Below, piece by piece: positions 8,285 through 17,390 of a stretch of DNA of 64,000 nucleotides. The stretch spans positions 560,308 to 624,307 of the forward strand of contig CAVYYP010000013.1 in the NCBI GenBank assembly GCA_963772765.1. Reading direction: 5' to 3'. The position numbers and the translations under genes are program-made. Position 1 is the first letter of the stretch; each line of letters opens with the position of its first letter. A model generated the notes under the pieces. The model was not told the DNA's origin. It searched no databases and saw only the letters and a list, made by a program, of their open reading frames with translations. This DNA comes from Candidatus Bathyarchaeota archaeon (GTDB lineage Archaea > Thermoproteota > Bathyarchaeia > Bathyarchaeales > Bathyarchaeaceae).

Positions 8285-9480
8285 ATATGTCGCCTTCTCG
8301 TCAGAACATATGAAACTATGGAAACCGTTACTATAATTGCTATTCCCGCAACAGCCCACTGAACAAAGTTTGATTCTGGATAAAAATTGCTGTACGGCTG
8401 CATAAGCGGATAATCATCAATGTTATCTGAATCAATAATGTATGGTGTGTCTCCGAATCCGTCGTTGTTGCTGTCTTGACCATTGTAGTCACTCCAGTAG
8501 TTGCCGCCAACATGTTCTCCATCATCCCAGTTGTCGATGCTGACGCCGAAAAGCCAGACTTGATTTGCGTTATCAACAAAATTATTGTTGTAGAATATGT
8601 TGTCTGAGGAATCTGACAGAAAGACTCCGTATCCTTTGTTTTCCGTTATGTTGTTGTATTCAAAAGAGCAAAGCTGCGAGTTTACCAGTGCGATGCCGCC
8701 CCAGTCATTTTCTATCACACGGTTACCTATGACAGAGCAGTTAGAACATTCTATAAGCCATATTGCATCCATGTTAGCTGTTACTGTGACGTTTTCGATA
8801 TTGGAATCTGTTGTGTATGCAAGCATGATGGTCTGCCAATTCTTTGCTATGTTCAGGTCTTTGACAGTAATTCCTGTGGAATTAATGACTGCCACATAAC
8901 CTGCATCTGCTGGAACTTGTTTGCCTGCTTGGTTTATCCAATATACTACCGTTTTGCCGTCAACAGTATTCGACATGTCTATATCATGAATAAACTCTTG
9001 AAGACTGCCTCCTGAAACACCAAAATTGAATTCGTTCCCAGTCATGTTGTTGTTCCTGAGCTTGCAGTTAGAGGAAGAAGACAAATAGATGCCAATATGA
9101 TTGCCACTTAACTTGTTATTGGAAAGCAAGATGGTATACGAGCCATTAATATTGACTCCGCTGTCAGTCAAATCGTAACCGCTATTCTGTATTGTAAAGT
9201 TGTTCACTTCCGTATTGTTTGCTTTCACATAAACGGATGTTCCTGTTCCGCTGCCGTCAATTACAGTGGTGTCGCTGTTTTCTCCTATGAGCCTCATACC
9301 ATTTTTGTCCAAGACAACATTTTCATTGTAAACTCCAGATTTCACAAATACTGTATCTCCAGAACTTGAATGGTCAACTGCTTTTTGGATAGTCGAATAA
9401 TCGTCAGGAACAACAATCACACTATTCGCAGTAGCAGACAGAACACTAAACATCAGAACTAAGCTGACAAACAGAAACAA
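8281..9480 (-). CDS. Secreted right-handed beta-helix (NosD/PbH1-repeat) surface protein with C-terminal TM anchor
   Basis: Repetitive N/G/I/V-rich beta-helix repeats. Paralog of 42266-43510 (DIDMSNTVDGKTVVYWINQ vs DIDASNTIDGKPIIYWVSE). The C-terminus reads DDYPLMQPY...WAVAGIAIIVTVSIVSYVLTRRRHI. The as-given frame starts at TTG 9480. An ATG-initiated signal peptide (MRGTKFREATSIF...) from 9526 is restored if one T of tttt 9511-9514 is removed. Confidence 0.75.
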   Translation of the reverse strand: MFLFVSLVLMFSVLSATANSVIVVPDDYSTIQKAVDHSSSGDTVFVKSGVYNENVVLDKNGMRLIGENSDTTVIDGSGTGTSVYVKANNTEVNNFTIQNSGYDLTDSGVNINGSYTILLSNNKLSGNHIGIYLSSSSNCKLRNNNMTGNEFNFGVSGGSLQEFIHDIDMSNTVDGKTVVYWINQAGKQVPADAGYVAVINSTGITVKDLNIAKNWQTIMLAYTTDSNIENVTVTANMDAIWLIECSNCSVIGNRVIENDWGGIALVNSQLCSFEYNNITENKGYGVFLSDSSDNIFYNNNFVDNANQVWLFGVSIDNWDDGEHVGGNYWSDYNGQDSNNDGFGDTPYIIDSDNIDDYPLMQPYSNFYPESNFVQWAVAGIAIIVTVSIVSYVLTRRRHI

Positions 9481-9584
9481 TGTACAGAAAATGCTGGTAG
9501 CTTCTCTGAATTTTGGTCCCCCTCATTTTAGATGCAAAGACGCTTGGTTAACCATCTGTCTCACAATAATTTTGGTAACCAAGG

Positions 9585-10895
9585 TTATTGTTTTTCGCAG
9601 AATTCCCAGACTATGTTGTATCTCCACAGGTCGCCTTTCTCTGTCACTCGGATTTCTTTGTCATCAACTTCAAGCAAGCCCTTGTTTACCAGCCGTTCTA
9701 TGGCGCCTGGAAATGCTTCTTCAGGAGTCATGCCAAATTCTTTCTTGAACTTGATTTTATCTACTGGCTGACGGACATACAGGCGCGTCATTACCTTTTT
9801 CATCGTGTCCTCTTTTGAGTCTACTGAAAGTTTTGCGATTGGGAATGCTCCCTTGGAAACAAAATCGATGTATGCTCGAGCAGGTTCAATATTTAGATAT
9901 GAAAATGGTCCAAGGTAGCCCATGAAGCATCCAGAGCCTGTTGTAAGCTGTCCTGCCCATGGCCATCCTGCGACACAAGACTCTGTAAAGTGTTCCTGAA
10001 CGTATGAGAATCGGCTGTGTCCTGTGGGTTTGTAGCCTCCTTGCTTGAAAAGCTCATACGCTTCCAGATACATCGCCTTCTCTGTGTCTGCATCTGCCAA
10101 ATCAGGTACCTTTCCCGAATTAACCTGTTTCTGCAAAGGAGTGTCAGGATGAATGCTTAGCGCATAGTAGTCGATTCCTTCTGGTCTTAACTCCATGGCT
10201 GCCTCAACATCTTTTCTGACAGTTTCCATGGTTTCTCCAGGAAGATTATACATCAAGTCGATGCATGCATAGATTCCCATGTCACGCACAGTTTTGATGA
10301 CATCGGATGCCTCTTCGGCGCTGTCCACAATATTCAGGATTTTTCTTATTGTATCATCAAAAGTTTGCACGCCAATATCAATTTGGGTGCATCTGGCATC
10401 CACTCGGTTGGCAAAGTCGGAAATTGCTTGTAGTTTCTCTACTGTAAGATTGTGTGTGCATCCGGCAACTTTTACCATAACATCATCGGTTAAATTGAAA
10501 TTATCTTTACAGAATTCTAAAATTTCGACAAGCTGGTCTGCTTCCAAGACAGTGGGGCTTCCGCCACCCAAAACTACTTCGTCAAAAATGCTGGTTTTTA
10601 TGTATCGGGTTTTTGCGTACATTCCCAGCTCTTTTTTTAGTGCCTTGACGTAGGGCTTCATCAGTGACTTGGAAAATGATTCGTTAGGGAAGTAGCAAAA
10701 GCTGCATTTGGAGTCACAGAATGATACCCATGGCTGCAGTTCCATTTTTAGGCCGACCTCGTTTTCGGTGTTCAAGAATTCTGTGAATGCTTTCATGTTC
10801 TCTGGTGTGACTTCTGGGTATTCTGTGTAAGTGTATGGTGGCCAATTTTCTACTTCTTCATACGGTTCTGATTTATTGCTGTTATTAGCTGTCAT
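9585..10895 (-). CDS. HemN-like (class C) radical SAM protein, paralog 1
   Basis: 436 aa. WPPYTYTEYPE (compare HemN PRYTSYPTA), CDSKCSFCYF radical-SAM motif, GGGSPT. Paralog of 20024-21316. Confidence 0.85.
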   Translation of the reverse strand: MTANNSNKSEPYEEVENWPPYTYTEYPEVTPENMKAFTEFLNTENEVGLKMELQPWVSFCDSKCSFCYFPNESFSKSLMKPYVKALKKELGMYAKTRYIKTSIFDEVVLGGGSPTVLEADQLVEILEFCKDNFNLTDDVMVKVAGCTHNLTVEKLQAISDFANRVDARCTQIDIGVQTFDDTIRKILNIVDSAEEASDVIKTVRDMGIYACIDLMYNLPGETMETVRKDVEAAMELRPEGIDYYALSIHPDTPLQKQVNSGKVPDLADADTEKAMYLEAYELFKQGGYKPTGHSRFSYVQEHFTESCVAGWPWAGQLTTGSGCFMGYLGPFSYLNIEPARAYIDFVSKGAFPIAKLSVDSKEDTMKKVMTRLYVRQPVDKIKFKKEFGMTPEEAFPGAIERLVNKGLLEVDDKEIRVTEKGDLWRYNIVWEFCEKQ

Positions 10896-11135
10896 AAAAG
10901 TGACCCAACTATCTTTTAGTTAGGAATTTAGGGCTTACTCCCCCTCATAAGTTTGTCGATAATATCAGATAACATCGAATTAACGCATTTTTGAAAAAAT
11001 TTTTAATTCTACATAATTGCTTAACCGCAACTTCTGTACTTTTTGGCAATTTTATGATAGGTTGTTGTCTTTCTGTTATTCTCGGTAAGTTTATTTTTAG
11101 CATGTCTACCTACCTTTAGTTGTACCCCAAAATAC

Positions 11136-12566
11136 ATGCTCTCTGGAAAGATACCGATGGACCTTTTGACAAACGAAAACTTATGGAATGCTGTTCTCAA
11201 GACGCCTCCAGTAAAATGGATGCTAAAAACTACCTTGACCACTTGCCACAAATGCAACAGAACTCCACTTACTACGGCACTAGACAACTATTCTGGAAAC
11301 AAACACGCCTTCTGTAACAGCTGCGGGCTTTACGCCAGAGTAATAGAATTCTGGATAGGCTTCATACAAAAAGCACTAAATGTTGACATGAGCCGCGTTT
11401 CAAAACTTTTTGCAGACTCGTATGTTAGGCGTGCCGTAAACAGCATCGTGTCAGGTTTTTCCGAGTACGGATTTAATCGCCCCATACAGGTCCATGCACC
11501 CTTCCTAGTGGTATGGAACTTCACATACAAATGCAACCTCAAATGCAAGCACTGCTACTCAAACTCTGGCAAAGGCTCAAACATGGAACTATCAACAGAA
11601 GAGGCCATGAAAGTCGTAGACCAGCTAGCAGATTTTGGCGTGACCTCTTTGGCTTTTTCAGGCGGCGAACCCCTGATGCGAAAAGACTTTTTTGATGTGG
11701 CACGGCATGCTGTTGAGTCTGGATTGTATGTCTCTTTAGCCACAAATGGCACATTGCTCACAGAAGAGAATGTAAAGAAACTCAAAGATGTTGGAGTACA
11801 TTACGTGGAAGTTAGTGTTGACGGCGCTAATGCTAAGACTCATGATTATTTCAGGGGAATAGAGGGCGCCTTTGAGCAGACCCTGCAGGGCTTGAAGAAT
11901 TGCATGGACAAGCAGATTTGCACCTGTATTGCTATAACTGGCACCAAAAATAATCTGAAAGAGATTCCTGCAGTTCTTGAAATGGCTGAAAACATGGGAA
12001 TCGACAGATTTACATTGTTCAATTTTGTGCCCACAGGCAGAGGCAAAGACATAATTGAAGTTGACCCCTCTCCAAAGGAGCGCGAAGAAATCCTAAGTTT
12101 CCTAAACCAGAAGCTGTCAGAAGACCACAAGATTGCAATATTGAGCACCACACCGCAGCTTGCCCGAGTTGCTTTGCAGTGTTCCGCAACCCAAGAAGAA
12201 CTAATTTTGCCTCTTGCTCACATGGAGGCAACAAAAGTAAGCAAAAGAGCAAGAGCTCTGGCAGACTTTATTGGCGGATGCGGAGCAGGACGATTCTACT
12301 GTGCAATCTCTCCAGAAGGAAAAGTTCAACCCTGCGTCTTTATGCCCCTAGTGGTTGGAGACCTGAAAACAGAAAAAATAGAAGACATCTGGACAAACTC
12401 CCTTGTCCTTTCTGACCTACGAAACAGAGAAAAACTCAAAGGCCGCTGCAGCAAATGCGAATACAAATATGTCTGTGGCGGATGCAGAGCCAGAGCATAT
12501 TCATATCACGACGACTATCTAATGTCAGACCCCGGATGCATCAGAAAACTTACGGAGGGCGACTAA
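11136..12566 (+). CDS. Radical SAM/SPASM enzyme with N-terminal zinc-ribbon-like extension
   Basis: 476 aa. N-terminal CHKC...CNSC pairs, then CNLKCKHC, SGGEPL and the SPASM tail CSKCEYKYVCGGCRARAYSYHDDYLMSDPGC. The start codon is uncertain, with several in-frame Met. Confidence 0.85.
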   Translation: MLSGKIPMDLLTNENLWNAVLKTPPVKWMLKTTLTTCHKCNRTPLTTALDNYSGNKHAFCNSCGLYARVIEFWIGFIQKALNVDMSRVSKLFADSYVRRAVNSIVSGFSEYGFNRPIQVHAPFLVVWNFTYKCNLKCKHCYSNSGKGSNMELSTEEAMKVVDQLADFGVTSLAFSGGEPLMRKDFFDVARHAVESGLYVSLATNGTLLTEENVKKLKDVGVHYVEVSVDGANAKTHDYFRGIEGAFEQTLQGLKNCMDKQICTCIAITGTKNNLKEIPAVLEMAENMGIDRFTLFNFVPTGRGKDIIEVDPSPKEREEILSFLNQKLSEDHKIAILSTTPQLARVALQCSATQEELILPLAHMEATKVSKRARALADFIGGCGAGRFYCAISPEGKVQPCVFMPLVVGDLKTEKIEDIWTNSLVLSDLRNREKLKGRCSKCEYKYVCGGCRARAYSYHDDYLMSDPGCIRKLTEGD

Positions 12567-12569
12567 CAC

Positions 12570-13568
12570 ATGAAAAAATTGAAGATAGGCATCTTCAAAA
12601 CCGACAACGACCTAGAAACTGCCCTAAAAGATGCACTGAAAACAGCTGACTGGGAGCAACACATCAAAGGCAAAGTTTTCATTAAGCCAAACCTGTGCAG
12701 CAAAACCTACATTCAGGGCGCAGTAACAAATCCGCTCCTTCTGTTTCATCTAATCGGCATTCTTAGAGACCGTGCTGAGGAAGTTGTTGTCGGCGAATCC
12801 AACGGCTACAACTACTGCTGCACCGATGCATTGTCCATGACAGGAGTAAAAAGGATAGTTGAAAAAGCTGGAGCAACAACAATCAACCTATCCGAAGACG
12901 AAATCGTGAAGGTTGACGACCCTAAAACATATGTTTTGAAAAATTTTCCTATGCCCAAAACTCTAATCGAAGCTGACTCTGTTGTTGATATTCCAGTAAT
13001 GAAAACTCACGAATTCACAACATATAGTGGTGCCATAAAGAACCTGTTTGGCTGCATACCTGATGATCGTCGAATTTTTCTTCATCCACACTTTGATGAA
13101 GTTATGCATGATTTGCTGGTTTTGCTTAAGCCCAAGTTTGTTGTTATGGATGCCACATTCACCATGGAAGGAAATGGACCAAACAGAGGAATCGTTATAC
13201 CCTCAAATCTGGTCATGACCAGCAGCGACCTTTTAGAAATAGACAAACTCTGTTGCGAAATCATGGGCATAAACTGGAAAGACATAACATATCTAAAATT
13301 CATTGACAAATACTATCAGCGGGAAGAAACGGAACTGCAAATTATTGGCGAAAAAGTTGAAGACATTAAGCGCACATATCGGCTTCCTTATACGGATTTG
13401 GCTGTCAGGGCGCAGCGTTGGGTGTACAAAAACTATTTTCTTACACGCCTTTGTTTTGGAACGCCTTTCTTGAATATGCTACAGGGCTGCCTCAATGTTT
13501 ACAGAAAGGTCGATGAAGAAATCAAGGGAAAAGAATGGGTGGACAAGCACTGGGACAAATCATTATAG
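12570..13568 (+). CDS. DUF362-like protein, translationally linked to the preceding radical SAM gene
   Basis: 332 aa, starting 3 nt after the upstream stop. KVFIKPNL, VVGES, PVMKTHEFT and KNLFGCIP follow the pattern I recall for DUF362. Family assignment is from memory only. Confidence 0.6.
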   Translation: MKKLKIGIFKTDNDLETALKDALKTADWEQHIKGKVFIKPNLCSKTYIQGAVTNPLLLFHLIGILRDRAEEVVVGESNGYNYCCTDALSMTGVKRIVEKAGATTINLSEDEIVKVDDPKTYVLKNFPMPKTLIEADSVVDIPVMKTHEFTTYSGAIKNLFGCIPDDRRIFLHPHFDEVMHDLLVLLKPKFVVMDATFTMEGNGPNRGIVIPSNLVMTSSDLLEIDKLCCEIMGINWKDITYLKFIDKYYQREETELQIIGEKVEDIKRTYRLPYTDLAVRAQRWVYKNYFLTRLCFGTPFLNMLQGCLNVYRKVDEEIKGKEWVDKHWDKSL

Positions 13569-13572
13569 TATT

Positions 13573-14763
13573 TTAGCTTGTCTTCAAAAGTTGATGATAC
13601 AAATCAATAACCTGTCCTGTGATGATGCGCCAATCAAGCTTTTCTTCTATCAGCTTTCTTCCATGGTCTCCCATCTGCTTTGCAAGTTCTGGACTCTGCA
13701 GTAGAGCCAGCACTTTTTGTGTTAGTTGTTTTGTGTCGCCAGGGTCTATCAAAAAGCCATTTTCAGTGTCCACCAAAAATTCTGGTATGCCTCCGACTTT
13801 AGTGGAGATAACTGGAAGTGCCGTGGATTGTGCTTCAAGTATTGCGAAAGGAAAGTTTTCGTAGATGGCAGGCAGGACGAATATGTCTGAAGCAGAGTAA
13901 AGTAGTGGCAGTTTGTCGTCGGGAACGTATCCCAGAAACTTTACGTGGTCTTCTATGCCTAGTTGTTTTGCCAAGTTTTTGAGGCTTTCTTCTTTTTGTT
14001 TGAATCCTGTTCCCGATATGACAAATTTGACGTTGTTGAACTCTTTGAGAACTGGTGGAACAGACTCCAGCAATGTTTCTAATCCTTTTCTGTGATAGAG
14101 CCGCCCAACAAAAAGAACAACCTTCTCCTTTTTTAGTCCAAATTCTTTTCTTAGTTCGTCGCGGTTTGGTCTTGGCTTGAATCTTTCTATGTCTACGCCG
14201 TTGTAGATTACATGAATCTTGTTTTTGTCAATGCCATAAAGGTCAGTTAACTCATCGACGGTATATTTGCTTACAGCAATCAATGCGTTAGAGCGCTTCA
14301 TCAGCTTCTTTTCATATTTTCTGAGCATAAAATTGAATCTCAGCATAGACTTCTCGTTAGGATTCAATTCTTTGGGATTGTCCTGTTTTGTTACGAGGGC
14401 TTCTCCTTTCCAAGTCGAATGAACCGCACAAACAATCGCCTTAGCCACATTGTCTGGTATAGCAAAACTTGGAACCAACGGAAGATTAGCATGAATTATA
14501 TCAAAAGGCTTCTCAGCATTTAGCTCCTTTAGTTTCTTGGATGCTGAACGAGAAAAACTCCAGAATCTTACCAGAGCGTTACGTCCGCCTTTTATGTAGT
14601 GGACCTGAATGCCGTTAATCGTTTTTTCTGAATTTTGCTCATCTCTGGCTACCACATGAACCTCGTGTCCAAGCTTTTGGAGCCTATGAGACAGATAGTA
14701 GACGTAGGCTCCAGTTCCTCCCGATATGGGAAAATATTCTGGGGTTACGAAGCAGACATTCAA
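13573..14763 (-). CDS. Family 4 glycosyltransferase
   Basis: VCFVTPEYFPISGGTGAYVY N-terminus; C-terminal E..FPFAILEAQSTALPVISTKVGGIPE. TTG 14763 forms a TTGA overlap with the stop of 14760-15782. The track start at 14829 would overlap the upstream gene by 70 nt. Confidence 0.8.
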   Translation of the reverse strand: MNVCFVTPEYFPISGGTGAYVYYLSHRLQKLGHEVHVVARDEQNSEKTINGIQVHYIKGGRNALVRFWSFSRSASKKLKELNAEKPFDIIHANLPLVPSFAIPDNVAKAIVCAVHSTWKGEALVTKQDNPKELNPNEKSMLRFNFMLRKYEKKLMKRSNALIAVSKYTVDELTDLYGIDKNKIHVIYNGVDIERFKPRPNRDELRKEFGLKKEKVVLFVGRLYHRKGLETLLESVPPVLKEFNNVKFVISGTGFKQKEESLKNLAKQLGIEDHVKFLGYVPDDKLPLLYSASDIFVLPAIYENFPFAILEAQSTALPVISTKVGGIPEFLVDTENGFLIDPGDTKQLTQKVLALLQSPELAKQMGDHGRKLIEEKLDWRIITGQVIDLYHQLLKTS

Positions 14764-15782
14764 GATTTTTTGTCCTCGCCTCTTGATAATGCAGTTTGGA
14801 TTAAAGAGGTTGTTCCTCCTAACGTCCACCCAAGTGCTCTGGTGAAATAGATTACGACAAGATACATAGCTGCTATGTCATGAAAGATGTAGGAAATTTT
14901 TACAGCCGAAAACGTGTACTGAAGCAACGTCAAAATTACTATTGCAAGAAAAATGGCTGACGGAATTATGTTAAAGCCCGTTACAAGGCTGATGATAAGA
15001 AAGATTGCTGTGATTCCATACAGTATGGGCTGTACGTTCATCCAGCCGTCTGTTATTTTGTCTCCTCTAGCCAGCTTCGGATGCTTAAAGTATAGTTTCC
15101 ATGTGTTCTGACCATACTTGTATTGCTGCTTAAAGAATGCCCGCAATGTGGGACGATGAAAATGATAACATTTAGCGTCAACATCAAATGCTATCCTGTA
15201 ACCTGCCTCCGCCAATCTTGCGCCTATGTCCGTATCATACTGTGTTGGAAGTAGCTCATCAAAGCCGCCAATTTCTCGGGTTATATCTGTTTTCAACAAC
15301 AAATTCATCGTTGCAACTCTCTCAATCGTGTGAGGAAGGCGCTGATACCTGTAGTTTAGTTCATAGCCGATGACTCTTGGAACCAGTTTGTCATTGTTCC
15401 ATGTTTCTACGGTTCCGCTTGCGCCAGCAACATTAGGCTCATTTAGTAGCTTTACAAGTTTTTTAAGCCAGCTTTTTTCCACTTTTGCGTCAGAATCAAT
15501 CAAGCCTATTACTTCATTTTGCACGTCTTTCAAAACAAAGTTGTATGCAGCAGCAGGATTCAGTTGAGTATAAATAAGTTTGACTGGATACTTTTTGGCG
15601 CGCTTCATTGTGTCGTCTGTTGAGCCGCCGTCAACAATAATTACTTCCAGCAGTTCGTGGGGATAGTCAAGGTCAAGAATGGCTTTGAGGCAATCATCGA
15701 TAGTAGGTGCACTGTTGAATGTGGTTACTATAATGCTGACTCCTGGAAGAGTTTCTTCTTTTGTTGCTGTTTTTGTTTTCAA
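14760..15782 (-). CDS. Family 2 glycosyltransferase with C-terminal membrane helices
   Basis: VSIIVTTFNSAPTIDDCL, IIVDGGSTDDT, IDSD. Two to three hydrophobic helices follow near the C-terminus. TTG start with GAGG upstream. Confidence 0.8.
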   Translation of the reverse strand: MKTKTATKEETLPGVSIIVTTFNSAPTIDDCLKAILDLDYPHELLEVIIVDGGSTDDTMKRAKKYPVKLIYTQLNPAAAYNFVLKDVQNEVIGLIDSDAKVEKSWLKKLVKLLNEPNVAGASGTVETWNNDKLVPRVIGYELNYRYQRLPHTIERVATMNLLLKTDITREIGGFDELLPTQYDTDIGARLAEAGYRIAFDVDAKCYHFHRPTLRAFFKQQYKYGQNTWKLYFKHPKLARGDKITDGWMNVQPILYGITAIFLIISLVTGFNIIPSAIFLAIVILTLLQYTFSAVKISYIFHDIAAMYLVVIYFTRALGWTLGGTTSLIQTALSRGEDKKS

Positions 15783-15808
15783 TTGGTTGCCTCGCTAACT
15801 ATTGACTG

Positions 15809-16540
15809 TCATGTTGTCTGTTTGAATACATAAGAGGATATTATGGCACGAAGTATTCTGGCGCCGTCCCTTATTGGGTCAAGTTTTGATACGCCCATTG
15901 TCCGCTGGTCAAAGCTGATAGGAATTTCTATAACCCTTGCCTTCATCCGTAATGCCTTCACAAGCATCTCCGACTCCACCTCGTATCCATGAGACGCCAG
16001 CTCCATCTTTTTTATCAATGAAGCCCTGATTGCCCTAAACCCTGACTGGGTATCAGAAATTTTCATTCCAGTAATACAACCAGTCAAACCGTTAAAGAGA
16101 CGATTCCCAATCCTGTTTAATCTAGGAACCTTTGCCTCATTTTCAACAGAATTTGCAAATCTTGAACCCACAACAAAATCTGCAATATCATCAATTAAAT
16201 ATCCAAGAACAAGCGGAATTTCCTCTGGCTTATGAGAGCCATCCCCATCTAGGGTAACCACAAATTTGCCCTTAGCCTGATTAAAGCCTGCACGTAAAGC
16301 AAAGCCCTTTCCCTTGTGCCCCTCTTTTACAACGTGAGCTTTTCGTGTCCTTGCTATGTCTGCGGAGCAATCTTCTGAACAATTATCAACAACAAGCACC
16401 TCAAAACTGATGGACATTTTTTCCAATGTTTTGTTTGTCCTGGCAACCACATCCCCTATGGTTGCTTCTTCATTGAACACTGGAATAATAACAGAGACAA
16501 CAATACCTTTTTTGTCCCTATCTTCCTTACTTAGTGCCAT
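15809..16540 (-). CDS. Family 2 glycosyltransferase, polyprenyl/dolichyl-phosphate sugar synthase-like
   Basis: VSVIIPVFNEEATIGDVV, VVDNCSEDCS, LDGDGSH. 243 aa soluble DPM1-like layout. Confidence 0.8.
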   Translation of the reverse strand: MALSKEDRDKKGIVVSVIIPVFNEEATIGDVVARTNKTLEKMSISFEVLVVDNCSEDCSADIARTRKAHVVKEGHKGKGFALRAGFNQAKGKFVVTLDGDGSHKPEEIPLVLGYLIDDIADFVVGSRFANSVENEAKVPRLNRIGNRLFNGLTGCITGMKISDTQSGFRAIRASLIKKMELASHGYEVESEMLVKALRMKARVIEIPISFDQRTMGVSKLDPIRDGARILRAIISSYVFKQTT

Positions 16541-16702
16541 TGTGTTTGAGATTTGACTACTTCACAAATTAAATAGTTTGCCAAGTTTTTCGCAAATACA
16601 CGATTAATAGTCTAACTTTTATATCAATAGGTTGATTAGTTCTGAAATACTGTGCAATGATTGTTCGTGCAGTTCTGGACTATATAAGAGAAGGAAGCCA
16701 AA

Positions 16703-17314
16703 GTGACACAAACTCTGCAAGAAATCGAACAAAACATCAAATCCAGACGAAAAACAGACAAAATCATGTGGTTCTCCATGTGGGCTGTCCTGTCAGTTGC
16801 AAGTTTTGGCATAGCTTGGTTTCCCTTGATATACTATTCAATCAAAAGAAGAAACAACCATCTCTTAAGACAAGAAAAACTTGAAAAACTCGTACTAAAC
16901 AAACTAAAAAAAACAGACGCCAAAGAAGACGCTATGGAAACAAAAAGCCAGTTAAGCCAAAGAAACGCAGTTGTATGGACGATTTCGACGATTCTTGTTG
17001 TTCCAGCCTTCTACATCTTCTATGTTCTAATGGTTGACCTTAAGAAACACGAAATGCATGAACACGAGTTCTTGTCTGAAGTAGTTAAGCTGGCAAAAGG
17101 TTCTGGAGTGCCTTTGGACATTCAAGAGTTTGTTGATTTGCCGTCTATATCGCGTGACAAGTTTGTGGCTTTGAGCGTGGTGACCTGCGGTTTGGCAGGC
17201 GTTTACTGGATTTACAGAATCTTCAACGAGTATAACAGCCATTTTAGGATGCAATGGATGCTTGAAGATACACTACTTAGTTTTCTCGAGGAACTTGACA
17301 AAAAACAGAAATAG
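16703..17314 (+). CDS. Membrane protein, unknown function (DUF4234-like helices)
   Basis: 203 aa with four hydrophobic segments. GLAGVYWIYRIFNEYN resembles the YW-containing DUF4234 motif. GTG start. Confidence 0.45.
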   Translation: MTQTLQEIEQNIKSRRKTDKIMWFSMWAVLSVASFGIAWFPLIYYSIKRRNNHLLRQEKLEKLVLNKLKKTDAKEDAMETKSQLSQRNAVVWTISTILVVPAFYIFYVLMVDLKKHEMHEHEFLSEVVKLAKGSGVPLDIQEFVDLPSISRDKFVALSVVTCGLAGVYWIYRIFNEYNSHFRMQWMLEDTLLSFLEELDKKQK

Positions 17315-17390
17315 GCTTGTTTTTGCTGTTAATTTTTATACTTGTCTTACCAATACGAAGGTCTGAAAACTCAAAGGAAGCCACAACATC

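Noticed and set aside
11054-11119. 21-codon ORF (MIGCCLSVILGKFIFSMSTYL) just upstream of the SPASM radical SAM gene, considered as a RiPP precursor.
   Set aside because: It is very short and hydrophobic, has no leader-like region or obvious SD, and lies in an AT-rich promoter region where such ORFs arise by chance. It is only worth revisiting if conserved in relatives.
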